From: a virus
Lineage: Duplodnaviria > Caudoviricetes
Virus record (IMG/VR): IMGVR_UViG_3300049139_000093
Location: 1-43,589 of that record
Direction: 5' to 3' (one strand)
Length of the DNA stretch: 43,589 nt
The notes under the pieces are model-generated. The model saw only the letters and a list, made by a program, of their open reading frames with translations. It was not told where the DNA came from and made no database searches. Shown here one piece after another: positions 7,955 to 16,654 of this stretch (positions are counted from its first letter, which is position 1; every line of letters starts with the position of its first letter). The translations under genes were made by a program, and so were the position numbers.

Positions 7955-8092
7955 AGGGCTCCTCGTTCAAGTTGATGAACTGGAGCCAATAATATCAGGG
8001 GCCTAATGCACACGACGCATCAGGGTCATTTGTGACCTATCCCGTTGAAATTACTGACTCCGGTTCATTACTCGTTCATTAGATAGGTTCAA
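7955..8092. other. Probable attP and/or SOS-regulated promoter region
   Basis: AT-richer non-coding gap just downstream of int; GTTCA direct repeats; GGTCA-N4-TGACC inverted repeat at 8024-8037. Confidence 0.5.
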
Positions 8093-9339
8093 GCTCCGTT
8101 CTTCGCCCGAAACTCGGCTACAACGGCAGCGGTCTTGCGGTTCGTCTCCAACTGCTCTCGGCTGTAGCCCTGGGTCGTCCGGATGTCCGAATGACCGGCC
8201 ATTTTGCGCGCGGCCTCAAGGTTCCCGTTCGTGGCAGTGATAACCTCGGTGATGGCGCCGGCGCGACTATCCCGGTTCTGGATGTGCTTCGGGACGCTTG
8301 CCTTGCCGGCGAACGTCCGCCAGACCTGCCGGAAGTGGTTCTGCTTCCATGGCCGGCCGGTGCGCTCGCAGATCACCAGCGGCCCGCGGGAGCGAGTTGC
8401 CATGATGGCGCGGACCCGCTCGGCGACCTCGGGGTAGGCGTTTAGGTCGAACTCCAGCACCTTGCCCGTGCGCGACTTTGACATGGCGTGGGTCAGGATC
8501 AGGCCGCTGCTGATCTCCTCAAGGCGGATGCCGCGCATCCACTTCCGGCCGTGCCACGTCACATCCGATATGCCAGGCTCTTTGACGGGCACCCACTCGC
8601 CGATAACGTCCTTCTGGCGCAGGCCAAGATGGCGCATCATGACCTGCGTCAGGGCAATCGAGGAATGCCCGTCCGCGTCGGCGAACTTGGCGATGTCCTC
8701 GGACTGCCGCAGCGTCAGCGTCTCGGTGCGGGCCTTCACGTTCTCAAAGTCAAGATCCGACAGGATGACGCGCAGCCTGGCGCAGTGGCTCTGCTCACGC
8801 GGCAACTTCTCGATCTCGAACGTGGTGCCGAACGTCAGCATCATGCGGACGTAGGTGATGGCGTGATAGGCGCTCGACACACGGTCGGGACCGTCCTTGC
8901 CTTCTGGCCAGCGAATGTCCTCGTACAGCTTCTTGAAGTCGCGGGCGCCTGTGTCGGCGAGCTTCGTCGCACCTATCTTCCCGGCGATCTTCGTTGCGAA
9001 GTGGTCGAAGTTCTTCCGGCTGCTATAGCGCGCGGTCTGATACGGCGAATCCCGATCGGTCTGATACTCCGAGATCAACGCAAGCCATGTGCCGCCGAAC
9101 ACCTTCGGCTTGTTTTCGGCGAAAGCGTACATCTCCTTCTGCAGGCGCAGGCATTCAGCGCGAACGCGTTTAATCTCCTCGTCGGTGAGCGGCGAAGCAA
9201 AGACACCGATCTGATGCGTCGAGGGCCTGAATCCCTTCTTCTTCGCGATGTCCTGCCTAGCGAGCCACACCGCGGCCCACGAGTTCTTCCGCCGCCGCCA
9301 GGCTAGGCCGGGCGCGGCCTTTATGTGAGGTCGTTCCAT
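8089..9339 (-). CDS. int: Tyrosine integrase
   Basis: GLRQKDV, RDSRAG and MAGHSDIRTTQGY catalytic motifs; GAGGGG RBS before MERPH. Confidence 0.9.
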   Translation of the reverse strand: MERPHIKAAPGLAWRRRKNSWAAVWLARQDIAKKKGFRPSTHQIGVFASPLTDEEIKRVRAECLRLQKEMYAFAENKPKVFGGTWLALISEYQTDRDSPYQTARYSSRKNFDHFATKIAGKIGATKLADTGARDFKKLYEDIRWPEGKDGPDRVSSAYHAITYVRMMLTFGTTFEIEKLPREQSHCARLRVILSDLDFENVKARTETLTLRQSEDIAKFADADGHSSIALTQVMMRHLGLRQKDVIGEWVPVKEPGISDVTWHGRKWMRGIRLEEISSGLILTHAMSKSRTGKVLEFDLNAYPEVAERVRAIMATRSRGPLVICERTGRPWKQNHFRQVWRTFAGKASVPKHIQNRDSRAGAITEVITATNGNLEAARKMAGHSDIRTTQGYSREQLETNRKTAAVVAEFRAKNGA

Positions 9340-9577
9340 GATTCCCCTCTTGCATTCCGGCAGGATTGCCGGGCGCATCGACACTAACGCCGTTCCAGCG
9401 GTCCAAGAACATGAGAAATGCAGGCAAATAGGTCTTTCCACCGATCGAACGGGGCGGGCAGCGCGGGTCTTTGCGCATCTCCTGCAGCGCCTTGCGGCCG
9501 GCATTCAGGCCGACGCGCATGCGCTCGATCAGTTCGCGATCGTTACAGTATCGCCTATCGTCCTGCGGCGAGGTCAC
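9257..9577 (-). CDS. Putative excisionase
   Basis: Small basic wHTH-like ORF overlapping the int start. Confidence 0.55.
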   Translation of the reverse strand: MTSPQDDRRYCNDRELIERMRVGLNAGRKALQEMRKDPRCPPRSIGGKTYLPAFLMFLDRWNGVSVDAPGNPAGMQEGNHGTTSHKGRARPSLAAAEELVGRGVAR

Positions 9578-9855
9578 GCGGGCCGTCCATCTTTTGAGAG
9601 GATTGCGTTACGGGCGCAGTCGGTCATGGCCGCGATGATGCCGCGCAGGCCAGCTTCGTATTCGTTGGACATATCCAGGCTGCCAAGCCGGGCAATGTTT
9701 TCCAGTGCCTCACGGAGCGGCTTAACGTGGCTGTCGTGGACTTCCTCAATGACCTGTTCAAGGTATCGGGCGAGGCACTTCGTCACGATGCTGTTGCGCG
9801 CCAGTTCGGCGGCCAGCTCGCGATAGTCCATCTCGTGCCGGCGCTTGCGTTTCAT
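9574..9855 (-). CDS. Hypothetical protein
   Basis: Coupled ORF with an LREALENIA motif. Confidence 0.6.
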   Translation of the reverse strand: MKRKRRHEMDYRELAAELARNSIVTKCLARYLEQVIEEVHDSHVKPLREALENIARLGSLDMSNEYEAGLRGIIAAMTDCARNAILSKDGRPA

Positions 9856-10007
9856 CGCTCGCCCCGCCAAATCTGATCGAGCACGGCGTAATCACGATCG
9901 GCGTAGACAGGAAGCTGCCCCAGGCGCGCATGGAACGCGTAATGCTGGTTGACCCTGTAAAGGTTGAAGAAATACCGGATGTGCCGGATGATAGGCAGCC
10001 GCTTCAC
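9852..10007 (-). CDS. 51-aa hypothetical protein (not in the ORF track)
   Basis: AAGGAG RBS, GTG start; MKRLPIIRHIRYFF...LDQIWRGER. Confidence 0.6.
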   Translation of the reverse strand: MKRLPIIRHIRYFFNLYRVNQHYAFHARLGQLPVYADRDYAVLDQIWRGER

Positions 10008-10041
10008 TTTGGCGCTCCTTCGCGACTATTGGCGAACAGTG

Positions 10042-10284
10042 TCATGGCATCCACGCATGTTCGACCGTCACGGCGTCCTCGATGCCGTAAACGTCGATGT
10101 ATTCCTGCGCGTGCTGCTGAGTGTCGAACTTCAGGCCGTGGTCAACTTCGGTCGTCCAGCCCCAGATGTTCTGATCCGCATCATGGTCAACGACGCCGTA
10201 GTATTCGGGGCCACCCGACCGGGCCGCTTGCGGCTTCTCGATCATCCAGGCTACGTCCAATTTTGTCGTAGGTGTGTGGGTCAT
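10042..10284 (-). CDS. Hypothetical protein
   Basis: AGGAG RBS; AWMIE...WT...A..F...EHAW pattern. Confidence 0.7.
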   Translation of the reverse strand: MTHTPTTKLDVAWMIEKPQAARSGGPEYYGVVDHDADQNIWGWTTEVDHGLKFDTQQHAQEYIDVYGIEDAVTVEHAWMP

Positions 10285-10376
10285 GTGCGGTCTCCTGAAG
10301 CAGGTTCGCTACTGCGGCGAATGCTCGCAGATATTGTCTTTCCCCTGCTGATCGCTGACCCGCGTCCCGTCGTCGC

Positions 10377-10499
10377 TCATCGTCGTTGCCCCTTCGAATT
10401 GGTTGGCATGTTGAAAAGCGCGTAGAGACCAACGCCGATCGCGACGATCATCAGGACGGCATACGGAGCGAGGAGGATGTCGATGACGTCCTTGATCAT
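10377..10499 (-). CDS. 40-aa single-TM peptide
   Basis: MIKDVIDILLAPYAVLMIVAIGVGLYALF; ATGA overlap with the ATPase stop. Confidence 0.5.
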   Translation of the reverse strand: MIKDVIDILLAPYAVLMIVAIGVGLYALFNMPTNSKGQRR

Positions 10500-11431
10500 G
10501 CCGGTGCCCCTGCATCCTCGTCGGCTTGTGCGGCCGTCGCCTTGTGCCTGCGATCCAGCGCGCCTTTGAGCGACTTCTGATCCGCCGGCGTGAGTGCCTT
10601 CCATGCCTCCTGCAGTGCGGCCGTGCCCTTGTACGACGCGGCCTCGAGCGTCTTGTCGAGCTCGTGCAGGCGTTCGCCCTCGGTCGGGCCTTCCTGCTCG
10701 GTCCGCGCGATGCTCGGCGCTGGCGCACCGCCGCGGGCCCATGCAGCCAAGGCTTCGCCAGATGCTTCGCCGATCGGCTCTCTGTCGGAGAACATGCTGC
10801 GATGTTGTGATTGCAGCTTGTGCGGCAGGCTGAAATTCGGAACGCCTGGGCGGTCCGGTGTCAGCGTGAAGCTCGCCGTCATTTCGAACATGAACCGCTT
10901 TTCGCAGATCGGCATCCAGCCGAGCGGTTCGACGACGGTCTTACCGTTCTCGCGCGCGATCCTGATCTTCTCGTCGGCGCGCAGGCAAAAGATGATCGAT
11001 GCCCGGCACTGCAGCAGCGCATTCATCAGCTTCTTGTGCGCGCCCTTCGGGATCTTCCAGTTGCCGGGCGACTTGGTGCCGTTGCGTTCCAGATCGTCGG
11101 CCCAATCCATGATGCCGCCTTCGCCGTCGTATTCGTGGCTGAACGAGTCGATGATCACGACCTCGGCGCCGGAGGATTCGGCCGCACGAATGCCTTCGAT
11201 GAAGCGGTCCGGCCGGAACGGCGGCCGCATATCGGCGTGCATGAACTGGAACTGCTCGGCGTAGTGCAGACCGCGCCGCGCCTCGGTGTCGAGGAAGGCG
11301 ATCTTGCCCGACGGCGCCATGCCCTTGGCCAGGCGCAGCGCGCTGAACGTCTTGCCGCTGCCGGACGCGCCGGCGAGGGCGATGAGAAGCGAGACCTGCT
11401 CGCGCTTGGCGGGTGCAAAGGAAAAGCTCAC
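10496..11431 (-). CDS. Sak4-like AAA/RecA-fold ATPase (phage recombination)
   Basis: Walker A GASGSGKT, DTE, Walker B VVIIDSFSHE. Confidence 0.85.
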   Translation of the reverse strand: MSFSFAPAKREQVSLLIALAGASGSGKTFSALRLAKGMAPSGKIAFLDTEARRGLHYAEQFQFMHADMRPPFRPDRFIEGIRAAESSGAEVVIIDSFSHEYDGEGGIMDWADDLERNGTKSPGNWKIPKGAHKKLMNALLQCRASIIFCLRADEKIRIARENGKTVVEPLGWMPICEKRFMFEMTASFTLTPDRPGVPNFSLPHKLQSQHRSMFSDREPIGEASGEALAAWARGGAPAPSIARTEQEGPTEGERLHELDKTLEAASYKGTAALQEAWKALTPADQKSLKGALDRRHKATAAQADEDAGAPA

Positions 11432-11613
11432 AGCAATCGCTCCTTAGTCTCGGCGTCGGCGTAGTCTTTGCGGATCGCCTCAAAGATCGCGATCTGCTCG
11501 TCGGCGAGCTGCTGGGACATCCTCTTGTCCGCGACGAACCGCGGATAGGCGCGGCGCCTAAACGAAAGCTCGCGCTCGATCGCCTTGCGCTTTTGCTCTG
11601 CGGTGAACATCAT
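11428..11613 (-). CDS. Conserved phage hypothetical protein
   Basis: IERELSFRRRAYPRFV..RM motif. Confidence 0.7.
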   Translation of the reverse strand: MMFTAEQKRKAIERELSFRRRAYPRFVADKRMSQQLADEQIAIFEAIRKDYADAETKERLL

Positions 11614-12035
11614 GTCTTACCTTTGTAGAATTCCGACCGTGGCTCACTACCCTCGAAATCGTCTGACCAGCACGCCATCATTTTGTCGACGTCCTTGCTC
11701 GGTAGAAACTCTATGAGGGCATCACATCCCAAGGCGTCACCGTCCCACAGCAGGTCATATGCTCGTTGCAGCATCGCCGCTTTCAAACGATCAGTCGCAT
11801 TGCAGCTGGGAAGCATGGCGAACAGCGTGCGCTGCTGTGCGACCCTGCGTTCCTCATTCTCGTTCCAGTTTCGGTGCTCGGCGGCGCGGATAGTGCGATC
11901 CTGCGCAAAGAGCTTGATCGCCTTGACGGCATCCTTGGGCCCGTGGTCGATCTCGAGCCTAGTTGCGAAGACATTGAGGAGGTGGGGAAGGCTACGCACA
12001 TCAGCCGCCCGCCAATGCGATCTGCTTGGGAACAC
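11610..12035 (-). CDS. Hypothetical protein
   Basis: ORF fills the gap; start uncertain. Confidence 0.55.
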   Translation of the reverse strand: MFPSRSHWRAADVRSLPHLLNVFATRLEIDHGPKDAVKAIKLFAQDRTIRAAEHRNWNENEERRVAQQRTLFAMLPSCNATDRLKAAMLQRAYDLLWDGDALGCDALIEFLPSKDVDKMMACWSDDFEGSEPRSEFYKGKT

Positions 12036-12936
12036 GTGGCTCGTGCCGTTCCTCGTCCTCTTTGACCTCCCGCTCCAGCCAGGCGTTTTCCTTCCAGCCG
12101 GGAAACTCCGGCCGGATGATGCGCGCCGGATAGTCGAGCCAGAAGTCTTCGGCGAGACATTCGCGCCAGCGAGCGGCCGCGTACTCGACCATCTTGCGGC
12201 CCATGGTCAGGGCAGCCTCGCCGAGTTCGTTGACGGTGAGAGCGAACGGCGGCGCATTCTCTTGGCAGACGAACCGGAACACACGTCGGCCGGCACCAGC
12301 GGGATCTAGCGCGTCGAGGATTCGCTCGATCATTGCCGCCTGTATGTGCCAGCCGTCGTTCGCCATCTTCGCGGACATGGCGTAGGGCGACGCTGACGCT
12401 CCGGTGGTCTTGTAGTCCCATACCTCGCGCAGGTCCGGCGTGATCCAGTCGACCATGCTCTTGAGCCAAAGCCCGTTCTCGCAGTTGGCGACGACGACTT
12501 CGGCATCCCCCGCAGTGAAGGCATTGTCGCAGCCCGGCGTGCACAGAAGTTTCCCACGCGCCGCCAGCACCATCTGCTCGGCGAGTGCCATGTGCTTTTT
12601 CAGGATAGGCTCTCGGCCAGCAGACAGGGCCTCGTCCTTGAACGCCTGTGCTTCCTTCTTGCGCCAGTCGGCGAAATCACCGACGGCCATTTTCTTGCCG
12701 CGGTCCAACAGCAGGGCGTGCGCGGCATTGCCGATTGCCTTCGCCTTGTCGTACTTCTCGGGTTCCTCCTCGTCCGCCGGTAGGGCGAACTTCGGATGAG
12801 CTAGGCGCGCGTGCAGTGGCGACTGCTCGATCAGGATCTTGGCGATCGACTGAGAGAGGGACGGCGTGGGGCAGGGGTCTGCAAAGTACGCCTCGGTATC
12901 GAAATTTTTGAAAATTCCAGGGCGGTCTATTTTCAT
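12001..12936 (-). CDS. RecE/ExoVIII-like PD-(D/E)XK exonuclease (DUF3799-like)
   Basis: LSQS...GNAAH...AE...VD...DYKTT...QAA motifs; next to the Sak4-like ATPase. Confidence 0.85.
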   Translation of the reverse strand: MKIDRPGIFKNFDTEAYFADPCPTPSLSQSIAKILIEQSPLHARLAHPKFALPADEEEPEKYDKAKAIGNAAHALLLDRGKKMAVGDFADWRKKEAQAFKDEALSAGREPILKKHMALAEQMVLAARGKLLCTPGCDNAFTAGDAEVVVANCENGLWLKSMVDWITPDLREVWDYKTTGASASPYAMSAKMANDGWHIQAAMIERILDALDPAGAGRRVFRFVCQENAPPFALTVNELGEAALTMGRKMVEYAAARWRECLAEDFWLDYPARIIRPEFPGWKENAWLEREVKEDEERHEPRVPKQIALAGG

Positions 12937-13406
12937 GACAGATGCGTCCATGTTTTGCCGCGAATGATGCAACTGATCGCAGAAGGCGAAACGCCGAACT
13001 CCTTCGCGGCTTGCCGACCGGCACCCCAGTGCCGGTACCGCTCTCGAATTATTCGAACATCATCGTCGGTCAGCTTTGCGAGATAGGACGCAGTACCGGG
13101 GAATGATCCTCCGGATGCCCGGCCTTTCGCGAGCATGTCAGCGTTGTTCTCGGCCTTCGTACCGAGAAAAAGGTGATCAGGGCGAACGCAGGCCGGGTTG
13201 TCGCAGGTATGGCACACGCACTTCTCGTCTGGATCAATGCCTGTGGCGATCAGATAGGATGCCCGGTGTGCAAGAACGGGGATGCGAACGGACGTTTGGA
13301 TCATGCCGTAGCCTTTTCGGTTTTTGCCAGCAGTCCAGTTCCAGCAGCCTTCTGTCTTTTGAACCTTCGCCCAGAAGCGCGCGGTATTGATGTGCGCGAT
13401 CTTCAT
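12933..13406 (-). CDS. HNH endonuclease with a C-terminal HTH
   Basis: RFWAKV..CWNW..GYG..AHR..VCHTCDNPACVRPDHL..GT..EN..D. Confidence 0.9.
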   Translation of the reverse strand: MKIAHINTARFWAKVQKTEGCWNWTAGKNRKGYGMIQTSVRIPVLAHRASYLIATGIDPDEKCVCHTCDNPACVRPDHLFLGTKAENNADMLAKGRASGGSFPGTASYLAKLTDDDVRIIRERYRHWGAGRQAAKEFGVSPSAISCIIRGKTWTHLS

Positions 13407-13591
13407 GCTGCCGCCCTCACCACATCGCCGACGCGCACGGCATGACCGGCCGCGATCGCCCGCTGAATTGTCTCGTCGTTGAAGTGCCGGCGGCCGAACT
13501 GCCAGCCGTGCAGGTTCTTGAACCGCGTGACGCGCTTGATCTCGCCACGCTGCAACGCCGCGCGCACGATCCGATCGCAGGGGCGCTCCAT
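13403..13591 (-). CDS. Hypothetical protein
   Basis: AAGGAG RBS; MERPCDR..., coupled to its neighbours. Confidence 0.6.
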   Translation of the reverse strand: MERPCDRIVRAALQRGEIKRVTRFKNLHGWQFGRRHFNDETIQRAIAAGHAVRVGDVVRAAA

Positions 13592-13860
13592 CACACGGGC
13601 TCCTTCGCGCCGAAGTGCTTGTTCAGCACGTCCTGCACGCCGTGGAACTGCCGGTCGACCGTGTTGATGGCGGCCGCGTAGGCATCGGCCTTGCGGCCAG
13701 CGTCGTCGCCGTCGAAGAACACGGTGAGGGTCGATTCGCTTGGCCCGCCGCGATATCGGCGCGGCTCCTCGATCGTCACCTCGACCCAATGAGACGTTCC
13801 GCTGTGGTTGACTTCGGCGCGCATGCGGTGCGTGCGATAGGCGGTGATCTCAAACCCCAT
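13591..13860 (-). CDS. Hypothetical protein
   Basis: GGAGGA RBS, 89 aa. Confidence 0.7.
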   Translation of the reverse strand: MGFEITAYRTHRMRAEVNHSGTSHWVEVTIEEPRRYRGGPSESTLTVFFDGDDAGRKADAYAAAINTVDRQFHGVQDVLNKHFGAKEPV

Positions 13861-14056
13861 GGGGGTCCTCCAATTTCTGTCCGCTGACGGTCATGACGAG
13901 TCCAGGCCGCGCGTGCGGCAGCCTGAGTCCCTTGCGCTGCGCGACGGCTCGCACGTAGGCTGAATTGCAGCCCAGGCGTTCGGCGATCTGTGGTGCCGTC
14001 AATGTCGGGTGCTGGTCGTGCAGGAGGATCACCCGCGTTGTCAGATCGGCCCGCAT
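13850..14056 (-). CDS. Small HTH protein (resembles the GcrA N-terminus)
   Basis: LTAPQIAERLGCNSAYVRAVAQRKGL; GGAGG RBS. Confidence 0.65.
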   Translation of the reverse strand: MRADLTTRVILLHDQHPTLTAPQIAERLGCNSAYVRAVAQRKGLRLPHARPGLVMTVSGQKLEDPHGV

Positions 14057-14160
14057 CACCAGCCTCCCGCGCGAACGATTGCGATGCTGATCGCAACGGC
14101 GGTGCTTCCGAGCAGAAACACGGCGGCGCAGGCGATTTCGATGAGCGGCGTCCGGGTCAT
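14056..14160 (-). CDS. 34-aa single-TM peptide (not in the ORF track)
   Basis: MTRTPLIEIACAAVFLLGSTAVAISIAIVRAGGW; GAGG RBS; coupled at both ends. Confidence 0.6.
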   Translation of the reverse strand: MTRTPLIEIACAAVFLLGSTAVAISIAIVRAGGW

Positions 14161-14423
14161 GCGGCCACCTCGCACGCCTGCAGCGCGTCTCGGCGGCTGG
14201 TGATCTCGCTGAGGATGCCGAGGAAGTCGGCGGCCGTCGGCGCCCCGTAGATCGGATGCGGCGCGTAGTCCTTGCCCTTGGCCAGGAACAGGCCGTATCG
14301 GTCCTGCCAGCGCTCAAAGGCGTAGTAGAGCAGCTGGCGCTTGTCGGCGTCCGTCGGCTGGGCCGCGAGCGCGCGGTCAAGCTCGGCGGTCAGCCAGGCG
14401 AGGAGGGTGCGGGGCGCGCTCAT
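14157..14423 (-). CDS. Hypothetical protein
   Basis: MSAPRTLL...; ATGA overlap. Confidence 0.65.
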   Translation of the reverse strand: MSAPRTLLAWLTAELDRALAAQPTDADKRQLLYYAFERWQDRYGLFLAKGKDYAPHPIYGAPTAADFLGILSEITSRRDALQACEVAA

Positions 14424-14629
14424 TGCGCCACCACGTTCACGCGGACGATGCGCCAGCCTTGGGCTCTTAGCGCCTGCCAGGTGCGCCCGTTGTTGCCGCC
14501 AACGGCCTTGATGAAGTCCTCGCGGGCATCGCGTTGTGCGTGCCGAATGAACGAAATCGCGAACCACGGTGTGCCGCTAGCTGGCGTGCACATCGGCGCA
14601 TAGGCGCGTTCGGAATGGCGTTTGGGCAT
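14420..14629 (-). CDS. First gene of the leftward early operon, hypothetical
   Basis: GGGGAG RBS downstream of PL. Confidence 0.7.
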   Translation of the reverse strand: MPKRHSERAYAPMCTPASGTPWFAISFIRHAQRDAREDFIKAVGGNNGRTWQALRAQGWRIVRVNVVAQ

Positions 14630-14653
14630 AGGTGCTCCCCTGATGAGAGGAGC

Positions 14654-14695
14654 ATTTTGGGACTAATTGTCCTCTAAGTCAAGGACTATCTGTCC
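14654..14695 (-). promoter_or_regulatory. PL with two operators (14660-14672, 14683-14695)
   Basis: TTGACT-N17-CAAAAT; GGAC-TAATT-GTCC and GGAC-TATCT-GTCC. Confidence 0.8.
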
Positions 14696-14703
14696 CAAAT
14701 ATG

Positions 14704-15003
14704 TTAGCCTGCTTTGCGCTTGGCCGGCTTCGGAGCGGCCTTTGGAAGCTGTCTGGCCGGCGCAGCCTTGTCGCCCTCGATCAGATATTCGAGGGTTACT
14801 CCACAGATTTTTGCGAATCGGGGCAGCAGCCGAATAGGCATCATGCTCTTTCGGCTACCTTCGTATTTTCCATAGGTGTTCGTGCGGATTCCCAAAAGCT
14901 CAGCCATGACGGCCTGAGTCCGCGATCCGCGCGCAGCTATCAAGCGCTGGCGAAACTCTTCTCGCCACTGACTTTCCGCGAGTTTTTCGTCGTCATCTTC
15001 CAT
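14704..15003 (-). CDS. CI-like XRE HTH repressor (99 aa, no peptidase domain)
   Basis: RLIAARGSRTQAVMAELLGIRTNTYGKYEG...GVTLEYL; divergent from the cro-like gene. Confidence 0.85.
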   Translation of the reverse strand: MEDDDEKLAESQWREEFRQRLIAARGSRTQAVMAELLGIRTNTYGKYEGSRKSMMPIRLLPRFAKICGVTLEYLIEGDKAAPARQLPKAAPKPAKRKAG

Positions 15004-15088
15004 GAGGACAGTATGTCCCGAAAGCTGTGCACAGTCAGCGGACACGATGGCCTTGCGTTTTGGGACTGATTGTCCTAAACGTTGCGCC
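15004..15088. promoter_or_regulatory. PRM/PR region with operators 15006-15018, 15040-15052 (1 mismatch) and 15063-15075
   Basis: GGAC-N5-GTCC; PR is TTGCGT-N17-TAAACG; PRM is CTGACT-N17-CATACT. Confidence 0.78.
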
Positions 15089-15334
15089 ATGACTGAGCTC
15101 TCATCATTCCGATCCGTCATCGAACTCTGGCCCTCGCGCGAAGCGTTGGCAGCCGATACCGGAGCCGCTTCGTCCGCGGTTTCGAAATGGTGGCAGCGCG
15201 ACAGCATTCCCGCCGAATGGTGGTCCGCGGTCCTGGCGACTGAAAAAGCCGGAGCGGCTGGTGTCACCGCCGACTTGCTTACGCGCCTCGCTGCCCGTGA
15301 TCCTGTTCTTGAGATTGCGGAGGTCCGCGCATGA
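15089..15334 (+). CDS. Cro-like repressor
   Basis: VIELWPSREALAADTG..AVSKWWQRDSIPAEWW. Confidence 0.8.
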   Translation: MTELSSFRSVIELWPSREALAADTGAASSAVSKWWQRDSIPAEWWSAVLATEKAGAAGVTADLLTRLAARDPVLEIAEVRA

Positions 15335-15587
15335 CGACGCGGGAAGTGAACAATAATTCCCATTTTTATTTTTTCCGTGCCCTGGTTGCGCAATACCATT
15401 CAACCACGCCGGGAAAAAGTTGCACCTCAATTCTGTCGAGTATCCGACATAATCGTCACTGCGCCGCGCAACCGCGCGAATTATCCGAAAATCAAAATCA
15501 AACTTGCAGCGATTGCGAGCGCGTTCGCCGCGACCGTCGCGCAGATGATCATTTGCGTAGCCTTGTTGCGTTGAGTGGGGGGTGTTC

Positions 15588-15923
15588 ATGCGTGCTGTGT
15601 ACGGGGGTTCCGTTGCGGGAACGACAAGAGTTGACGGACAGATTTTGCGGAGCGCGAATGCCGCAGAACAATCTCAGCAAAAACAATCAGAAAGGCCGGA
15701 CAAAAGTGTCCGATCGGTCACGCGCATCAATGGCAACCGAATCCGCTTTGCCGACCTTGCGCGCTTCGCATGGCCGACGAAGACCGAATTCCACCTTGCG
15801 CATCTCGTGCGCGTCGATCCCCGTACCGCTCGCCGATGGCTCGCCGACGATAACGAGCCGCCCGCCGAAGCGCTCGGCGTCGTGCTTGCCGAAATCATGA
15901 AGCGCTACCACCAGCGCGGCTGA
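15588..15923 (+). CDS. CII-like HTH regulator
   Basis: WPTKT..LA....VDPRTARRWL; downstream of cro; GGGGGG RBS. Confidence 0.6.
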   Translation: MRAVYGGSVAGTTRVDGQILRSANAAEQSQQKQSERPDKSVRSVTRINGNRIRFADLARFAWPTKTEFHLAHLVRVDPRTARRWLADDNEPPAEALGVVLAEIMKRYHQRG

Positions 15924-16002
15924 TCTTTAGTACCTGTTGCGTTTTTTTCTGCGTCTCGGCCGTGCGGGCAGCACGGCGCATCATCGTTCGCGAGAAACGC
16001 TC

Positions 16003-16176
16003 ATGGCGACTCCGCTGCCGGACAATCCGTTCGTCACCACTCCGTTCGAGCTCGACGTCGACGCCTTCATGGCCGCGATCGAGCCGGCGCCTGCGTTCCT
16101 CCGCGATCCGAGCCCGGAATTTCTGACGGCGATCGAATTCAAGCCGATCGTCGAAGTGCTCACCGCGTATCAATAG
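16003..16176 (+). CDS. Hypothetical protein
   Basis: 57 aa, host-like codon usage. Confidence 0.5.
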   Translation: MATPLPDNPFVTTPFELDVDAFMAAIEPAPAFLRDPSPEFLTAIEFKPIVEVLTAYQ

Positions 16177-16189
16177 CAGGGGAAAACGC

Positions 16190-16654
16190 ATGTCGGACAT
16201 CGGTCACAACAGCACTCGGTTTGCCAAGGATCAGCTCAAGGCCATCATCGAACGGATCGAGCGGCTGGAAGAGGAGAAAAAGACGATCGCGGACGACATC
16301 CGCGACGTCTACGCGGAAGCCAAGGGCAACGGCTACGACGTGAAGGCGCTGCGCGCGATCGTGCGCATGCGAAAGCAGGATGCCGACGAGCGGCGCGAGT
16401 TCGAAACCATTCTCGACACCTACATGCACGCGCTCGGCATGCTTTCGGATATGCCGCTCGGCCAGGCGTCGCTGCGGCAGGCGGTGAAGGGCCTCGGCAC
16501 TCCGACCGATCTGACCGACGAGGAGAAGGCGAAGGGCTATTCGGCCGCTTTCATCGGCAAGGATGGCACGCGGATGGCGATCGGCGCCGGCGCCGCTGGC
16601 CGACAGGTCGATCTCGAGGAGGCTATCGCCGAGAAGGCCAATGCAGACGCCTGA
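16190..16654 (+). CDS. gapR: GapR/DUF2312 (UPF0335) DNA-binding protein with a C-terminal extension
   Basis: [38 protein letters not shown]...YMHALGM. Confidence 0.92.
   Translation: MSDIGHNSTRFAKDQLKAIIERIERLEEEKKTIADDIRDVYAEAKGNGYDVKALRAIVRMRKQDADERREFETILDTYMHALGMLSDMPLGQASLRQAVKGLGTPTDLTDEEKAKGYSAAFIGKDGTRMAIGAGAAGRQVDLEEAIAEKANADA

Noticed and set aside
8089-9339. Inactive integrase (HxxR appears as RDSR)
   Set aside because: The first His is variable in tyrosine recombinases; both Arg, the second His and the Tyr are present and the frame is intact.
15698-15712. Sixth operator GGAC-AAAAGT-GTCC
   Set aside because: Spacer is 6 nt rather than 5, and it lies inside a CDS.
15331-15900. 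189-aa ORF after cro
   Set aside because: Atypical AT-rich codons and a long overlap with the better CII-like ORF. It may be regulatory DNA or a shorter gene; unresolved.
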